Positions 51,257-55,148 of a DNA stretch of 55,148 nucleotides are shown here, piece after piece; within the stretch, counting starts at the first letter, position 1; each line of letters starts with the position of its first letter. The notes under the pieces are model-generated. The model had not been told where the DNA came from and did no database searches. It saw nothing but the letters and a program-made list of their open reading frames with translations. Made by a program: the position numbers and the translations under genes. Source of the stretch: a candidate division Zixibacteria bacterium CG_4_9_14_3_um_filter_46_8 (GTDB lineage Bacteria > Zixibacteria > MSB-5A5 > UM-FILTER-46-8); the NCBI GenBank assembly GCA_002791595.1, contig PFXJ01000119.1:1-55148 (forward strand), in the 5' to 3' direction.

Positions 51257-51676
51257 CTACCTAAATAGAGCTTTTATCTTGCCCCAGGTATCGAGCTTAA
51301 TATCCAATGTATTAACTTCAAGGTTGTGGCGTTCGCTCCCCGCAAAAGCCTGAAAACTCGGTGTGGCAATGCGGCCATTTATATGAATCGTGATAACATC
51401 ACCTGCTACCCAACCATCTTTCTCAACTGTCTCGGGATTGTCAGCAGGAATTGCCAGGGAATAGCCTCGGCCAATCGTTGCAGATTGGGCCACAATAATC
51501 TCACCGATAAATGCCTTAACCTCAAGACCGTCTGCCACCGGTTGACCTTCATAGGTCGCATCACCATAAGGTTGACACTCTCCGAGAACGGCATACGCCC
51601 CAGCAGAAGATATTATGATAACTGCCGCAATCCCCAAAATGATTCTTGCCATCCCGTTTCTTATCGAGCTCCTCAT
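51257..51676 (-). CDS. Hypothetical secreted protein
   Basis: Signal peptide 'MRSSIRNGMARIILGIAAVIIISSAGAYA'. The start is at 51676 or 51652, and the track start at 51751 looks too far upstream. The stop of rex is only 7 nt from the longest ORF version. Confidence 0.5.
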   Translation of the reverse strand: MRSSIRNGMARIILGIAAVIIISSAGAYAVLGECQPYGDATYEGQPVADGLEVKAFIGEIIVAQSATIGRGYSLAIPADNPETVEKDGWVAGDVITIHINGRIATPSFQAFAGSERHNLEVNTLDIKLDTWGKIKALFR

Positions 51677-51758
51677 ACCATTAAAGCATAGAAATAAACA
51701 ATTATTATACATTAACTCATTAATAATATCGCCTATTTTCCATTTAGTCAAGCTTTTT

Positions 51759-52409
51759 TTAGGCCGTATAGTAAAGATTTTCGTTAGTCAAGTGAAATGA
51801 AAGATGCTCCATCTCAATGGCCATATTTACTGTTCTCATCGTCACATTTGATGGCACCCTTAAATTGGTCGGAGCAAAAGATAGTAAGGCTTTCACTCCA
51901 GCATCAACTACTTCATCAACAATCCGTTGCGCAACCGAGGCCGGAACCGCAATTATAACCAGCTCTATATTATGCTTGTTCAGCATCTGCCGCAAATTTG
52001 TCACATCGTGAACCTCAATGCCCTTGTTAAAACTACCTATCTTTCGCTGGTCATTATCAAATATCAATTTGATAATAAATCCTTGCCTGATAAATTCCTT
52101 GAAGGATACTAAAGCCGATCCCACATTTCCGATCCCGATCAGAGCAACATTCCATTTTCTGTTAATTCCCAGTATTTCGGCGATCTGCTGACGAAGCTCC
52201 ACCACCGGATAGCCCAATCCCCTGGTGCCAAATTGGCCGAAAAACGACAGGTCCTTTCTAACCTGCGCTGGCGTAAGTTTTTCCCGCTGGGCAAGATCCT
52301 TTGAACTCACCGTCACATACCCCTCCTTTTCAAGAATTCCCAGCGACCTAAAATAAAGTGACAACCTATGAATTGTTGATTCCGATATCCTCTTGCCAGT
52401 GATTCTCAC
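51759..52409 (-). CDS. rex: Redox-sensing transcriptional repressor Rex
   Basis: Winged-helix 'TIHRLSLYFRSLGILEKEGYVTVSSKDLAQREKLTPAQVRKDLSFFGQFGTRGLGY' and Rossmann 'VALIGIGNVGSAL'. GTG start with AGGAAGG upstream. Confidence 0.9.
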   Translation of the reverse strand: MRITGKRISESTIHRLSLYFRSLGILEKEGYVTVSSKDLAQREKLTPAQVRKDLSFFGQFGTRGLGYPVVELRQQIAEILGINRKWNVALIGIGNVGSALVSFKEFIRQGFIIKLIFDNDQRKIGSFNKGIEVHDVTNLRQMLNKHNIELVIIAVPASVAQRIVDEVVDAGVKALLSFAPTNLRVPSNVTMRTVNMAIEMEHLSFHLTNENLYYTA

Positions 52410-52444
52410 TACTTTACCTTCCTGTGATGTAGTTCAATTATTAT

Positions 52445-52462
52445 TTGTGAAGTAGTTCACAA
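52445..52462. promoter_or_regulatory. Rex operator (ROP box)
   Basis: TTGTGAA-GTAG-TTCACAA is a perfect match to the 18-bp Rex consensus TTGTGAA-N4-TTCACAA. It lies 36 nt upstream of the rex GTG and just downstream of the candidate -10. Confidence 0.8.
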
Positions 52463-52473
52463 CAATTTGGCGA

Positions 52474-52502
52474 AAATTAAATCGAGCATGACTATTTGTC
52501 AA
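52474..52502 (-). promoter_or_regulatory. Sigma70-like promoter candidate for rex
   Basis: Read on the minus strand: TTGACA (52502-52497), a 17-nt spacer, then TAATTT (52479-52474). The Rex box lies between the -10 and the RBS. Confidence 0.4.
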
Positions 52503-52529
52503 GAATTTTCTTGAACGTTCATCGATTGA

Positions 52530-52871
52530 CCTAATCCCTTTATATCGTCTTGGTTATATATTAGTCAATCTCCAAGAATCCAGATAGCACGCCCATCATT
52601 TCCATTATACTCGAATGACCCAAGATTCCAAATGCCATTAATATATGTCGTGAGGCGATACACCGGCGCTCAACAAAATTCGCTACCTGAGTTGTTTCCC
52701 GTGGAAGAATTCATCATACAGCAACACCTCCCATCATTGGCCAATGGACATTATAATGCCGGGCGACATTTCGTAATATTCGATGGATCGCAATTGGCGT
52801 TAGGAATCTATTTCTCGAAACTCAAGACAGACAGAAACTCTTTTGCTCGGCGGATGATCCTGACTAAATAG
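52530..52871 (+). pseudogene. Relic of a T9SS C-terminal sorting domain (3' fragment of a decayed cargo gene)
   Basis: The open frame begins right after a TGA with 'PNPF..' and ends '..[44 protein letters not shown]'. This aligns with the intact CTDs in this window (e.g. ..VREPGSYTINWNADNYSSGVYFYRLASGNDITYKKMNLLK). There is no signal peptide or mature domain upstream. The ATG-bounded version is 52632-52871. Confidence 0.45.
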
Positions 52872-52991
52872 CCGTTAGTTTCAACGCGCAGAAGTCATAC
52901 CAAATAGGAACCCCGAAATCCTCTAAGGAATTCCGGGGTTCTGCTCATGGAGGTATCGCTATGTGGCCGACGGGCATGTCGGCATATTTAT

Positions 52992-54680
52992 CTACTTCAG
53001 AAGATTCATCTTCTTGTAAGTGATGTCATTACCAGAGGCCAGGCGATAGAAATACACGCCGCTGGAATAGTTGTCGGCGTTCCAGTTGATGGTATAGCTG
53101 CCGGGCTCGCGGACATCATTGACCAATGTTTCTACCAACTGACCAGCAAGATTATAAACACTCAGATTGACATTGGAAGTTTTGTCAACACTGAAGCTGA
53201 TATTGGTCGTGGCATTGAAAGGATTCGGGTAGTTCTGTTCGAGCGCAAAGCCATTGGGCATACTGCCGCCAAGCTCTTCAACTGATGTGGTGGAGGAATC
53301 ATATACAACCGCGCGGAGCATAAAGTCATTGGTGGCATCCGCATTCCAGGAACCGGAACGCCAGAAGGAGCGCCCATCAGGAGCAGTGGCATCGCCTGCG
53401 ACTCCGGGGTCAGCGGGAGTGCTCTGCAACCAGTTGAAGACCACGCAGAAATCACCGCTATTGACTTCATATTGGGCCCCTTCCGGAATTTCGAAATTAA
53501 CCCATTCCTGGGAAGTGGTGGCTGAAGTGCGCCATGGACCGGCCAGGACAGCGCCCGGGAAACCGCCGGTATAAGCATTGATGCTGAATTCGAATTCGTT
53601 AGTGCCATTCACAAAAGCCCTGAGCATAGTAACCTTAACCGGATAGGTAGAAGGGGTGCAACGGACTGCAAAAGCGTTGCTACTATAAGTAGTGTCGACA
53701 ATCCACCAGCCCTCAGGACCACCATCGTCATAGGCTATGCCCATTCCTTCAACAACAGTATAGCTTATCGGATCGGACTCGCCTCCGATCGGATAGTAAC
53801 CGGTATTGGCGTATATTGAACCATCGGTAGCTTGAATATAATAGTCAACTACGGTGCCAACTTCGAACTGAGGAAGCGTAACCTGATAATTGTTGCCGGA
53901 AGTATTGGTCATCTCGATTCCTGTAAAGTTACCACTAGTTCTATAATAGAGATAGGCATTATCAATACCGGAATCATCTGTAATTATGGCCTTGGCAACC
54001 TGTGGAGCCCCTTGGGAGAATCCCATATCGATAGCTGTGTGGACAATGGATGGTGCAACCAGGTCTTCCCCATAATATTGAACAAAAGCACGGATATTCA
54101 AATCGCCAGCATTAGAACCAGGCATAGAATACCATGAATCCCCAGGGTAAAATATCTTACTCCGATAAGTGGTGCTGCCATCGCCATCGGTTGTGAAGAA
54201 GGGAGCCGGAGTCTGTACATACTCCCACCCCGCGTGAAAATCGACTGCTCCGATATTGATGGCTGGGCTAATGTTTATATTCTGATAACTCGTATTGCCC
54301 TGTAAAGTCCTCTGGAAAGGGGTGACGATATCCGCATTGGGGAAACCGGTACCGTCATCGTCCCAAATATGAATCATGCCCGGGCCGGCGCCATTGTAGC
54401 TGACAATCTGAACCTTTTTAAGAGAACAAGGTTGCGCCGGAGTAAATCGAACAGCCACCATAGTCCCAACCTCGGTAATGGTGGGATAATAGGAGGTCGG
54501 GGCAGAATCATAAGCGATCATATCTTCCAGAGCATCGAAAGGCTCCTGGTAACGCTCAAAGGGAGTAAGAACGGATTGAACGGTCGGCCTTAATTCAACA
54601 AGAGGTCCTGTTACAGCATACGCTGAAACAGCCCAAAAGGTCAAAGCCATAAGTGAAAGAATTGTTAGATGCTTTTTCAT
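52992..54680 (-). CDS. Secreted protein with T9SS C-terminal sorting domain
   Basis: Signal peptide 'MKKHLTILSLMALTFWAVSAYA'. C-terminal 'LEQNYPNPFNATTNISFSV..VYNLAGQLVETL..SGVYFYRL..KKMNLLK'. Confidence 0.8.
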   Translation of the reverse strand: MKKHLTILSLMALTFWAVSAYAVTGPLVELRPTVQSVLTPFERYQEPFDALEDMIAYDSAPTSYYPTITEVGTMVAVRFTPAQPCSLKKVQIVSYNGAGPGMIHIWDDDGTGFPNADIVTPFQRTLQGNTSYQNINISPAINIGAVDFHAGWEYVQTPAPFFTTDGDGSTTYRSKIFYPGDSWYSMPGSNAGDLNIRAFVQYYGEDLVAPSIVHTAIDMGFSQGAPQVAKAIITDDSGIDNAYLYYRTSGNFTGIEMTNTSGNNYQVTLPQFEVGTVVDYYIQATDGSIYANTGYYPIGGESDPISYTVVEGMGIAYDDGGPEGWWIVDTTYSSNAFAVRCTPSTYPVKVTMLRAFVNGTNEFEFSINAYTGGFPGAVLAGPWRTSATTSQEWVNFEIPEGAQYEVNSGDFCVVFNWLQSTPADPGVAGDATAPDGRSFWRSGSWNADATNDFMLRAVVYDSSTTSVEELGGSMPNGFALEQNYPNPFNATTNISFSVDKTSNVNLSVYNLAGQLVETLVNDVREPGSYTINWNADNYSSGVYFYRLASGNDITYKKMNLLK

Positions 54681-55148
54681 TTTAACTCCAATCTCAAAAT
54701 TAATTGTTTAAATCGTTCTGACAGTTGTTGTTAGTTAGTTTCATCACCCCTTTAATTAGAATTTGAAATCAATGTTATATAATTAATCATTCTTAATTTC
54801 TATCTTTCCATTACGCAATCATTATGCCAGTAATCATTTTTCTCAATCAATCGCCAGACATATAATATTTCTTGGCATCTTTAAGACCAGAATCCATTAT
54901 TCCTGAACAGGCTATGAAATTAACCACATATATATTCCATTTCCATCCCCACTTTCCAAATCATTAATTCGACACTACCCTCTGATTAAAGCGATCCAAA
55001 TATGCAAAAGATTTCAGGAGTTTCGCAAGGAAATAATTAGGATTCTACCGAATCAGGATTGATTAGATGGTTATTGAGACAATTATCGACCCCATTGGCA
55101 TTGAATCTTCAAATCAATAACCGGCAATCATGTATTCTAATCTTGAGC

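Noticed and set aside
52508-52521. Palindrome CAAGAA-TT-TTCTTG near the rex -35 region as a second operator
   Set aside because: It is short and AT-rich, does not resemble the Rex half-site, and overlaps the -35 candidate. It could be chance, so it is not reported as a site.
1-55148. Looked for CRISPR arrays, rRNA, tRNA, integrase/transposase genes and prophage blocks
   Set aside because: - No spaced direct-repeat array was found.
- No intergenic region has rRNA or tRNA character.
- No integrase or transposase motif appears in any ORF.
- The only mobile-looking items are the ORF6N gene and the MITE-like element.

Overview
Gene-dense fragment of an uncultivated diderm bacterium. All calls come from reading the sequence and the ORF translations and from recalled family motifs. 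No searches were run. Four secreted proteins plus one relic end in the T9SS/Por C-terminal sorting domain ('NYPNPFN...SGxYFYxL...K'), which suggests an FCB-superphylum-like lineage (Zixibacteria-like). This taxonomic placement is inference only.

Left to right:
- A partial secreted protein, an APS-kinase-like gene, a PspC/toastrack pair and comM.
- A co-directional lipid A/Kdo cluster: lpxC-fabZ fusion, lpxA, a Gfo/Idh/MocA gene, an inserted ORF6N gene, lpxB, DUF374, waaA and lpxK.
- A small accessory islet: a DUF262-HNH nuclease, an orphan HicB, a palindromic element, and an overlapping small-ORF/nucleotidyltransferase pair.
- nadB, guaA, an SDR gene, and a lepB whose catalytic Lys codon reads Arg.
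- A T9SS cargo gene and a 377-bp MITE-like hairpin array with TAATA flanks.
- A dusB-etfA-gatD-gatE string. gatD-gatE is the archaeal-type GatDE Glu-tRNA(Gln) amidotransferase sitting in a bacterial context. I rank this the most notable item.
- An FHA / metallophosphoesterase / LysM-FecR / CHASE2-Ser/Thr-kinase operon.
- tal, and pilMNO-(AMIN-PilP)-pilQ.
- mutS2, mltG, ruvX and a NUDIX gene.
- A Rex-headed string (with a perfect Rex operator) that runs into a STAS / RsbW-like / PP2C partner-switching module.

I found no rRNA, tRNA or CRISPR array.
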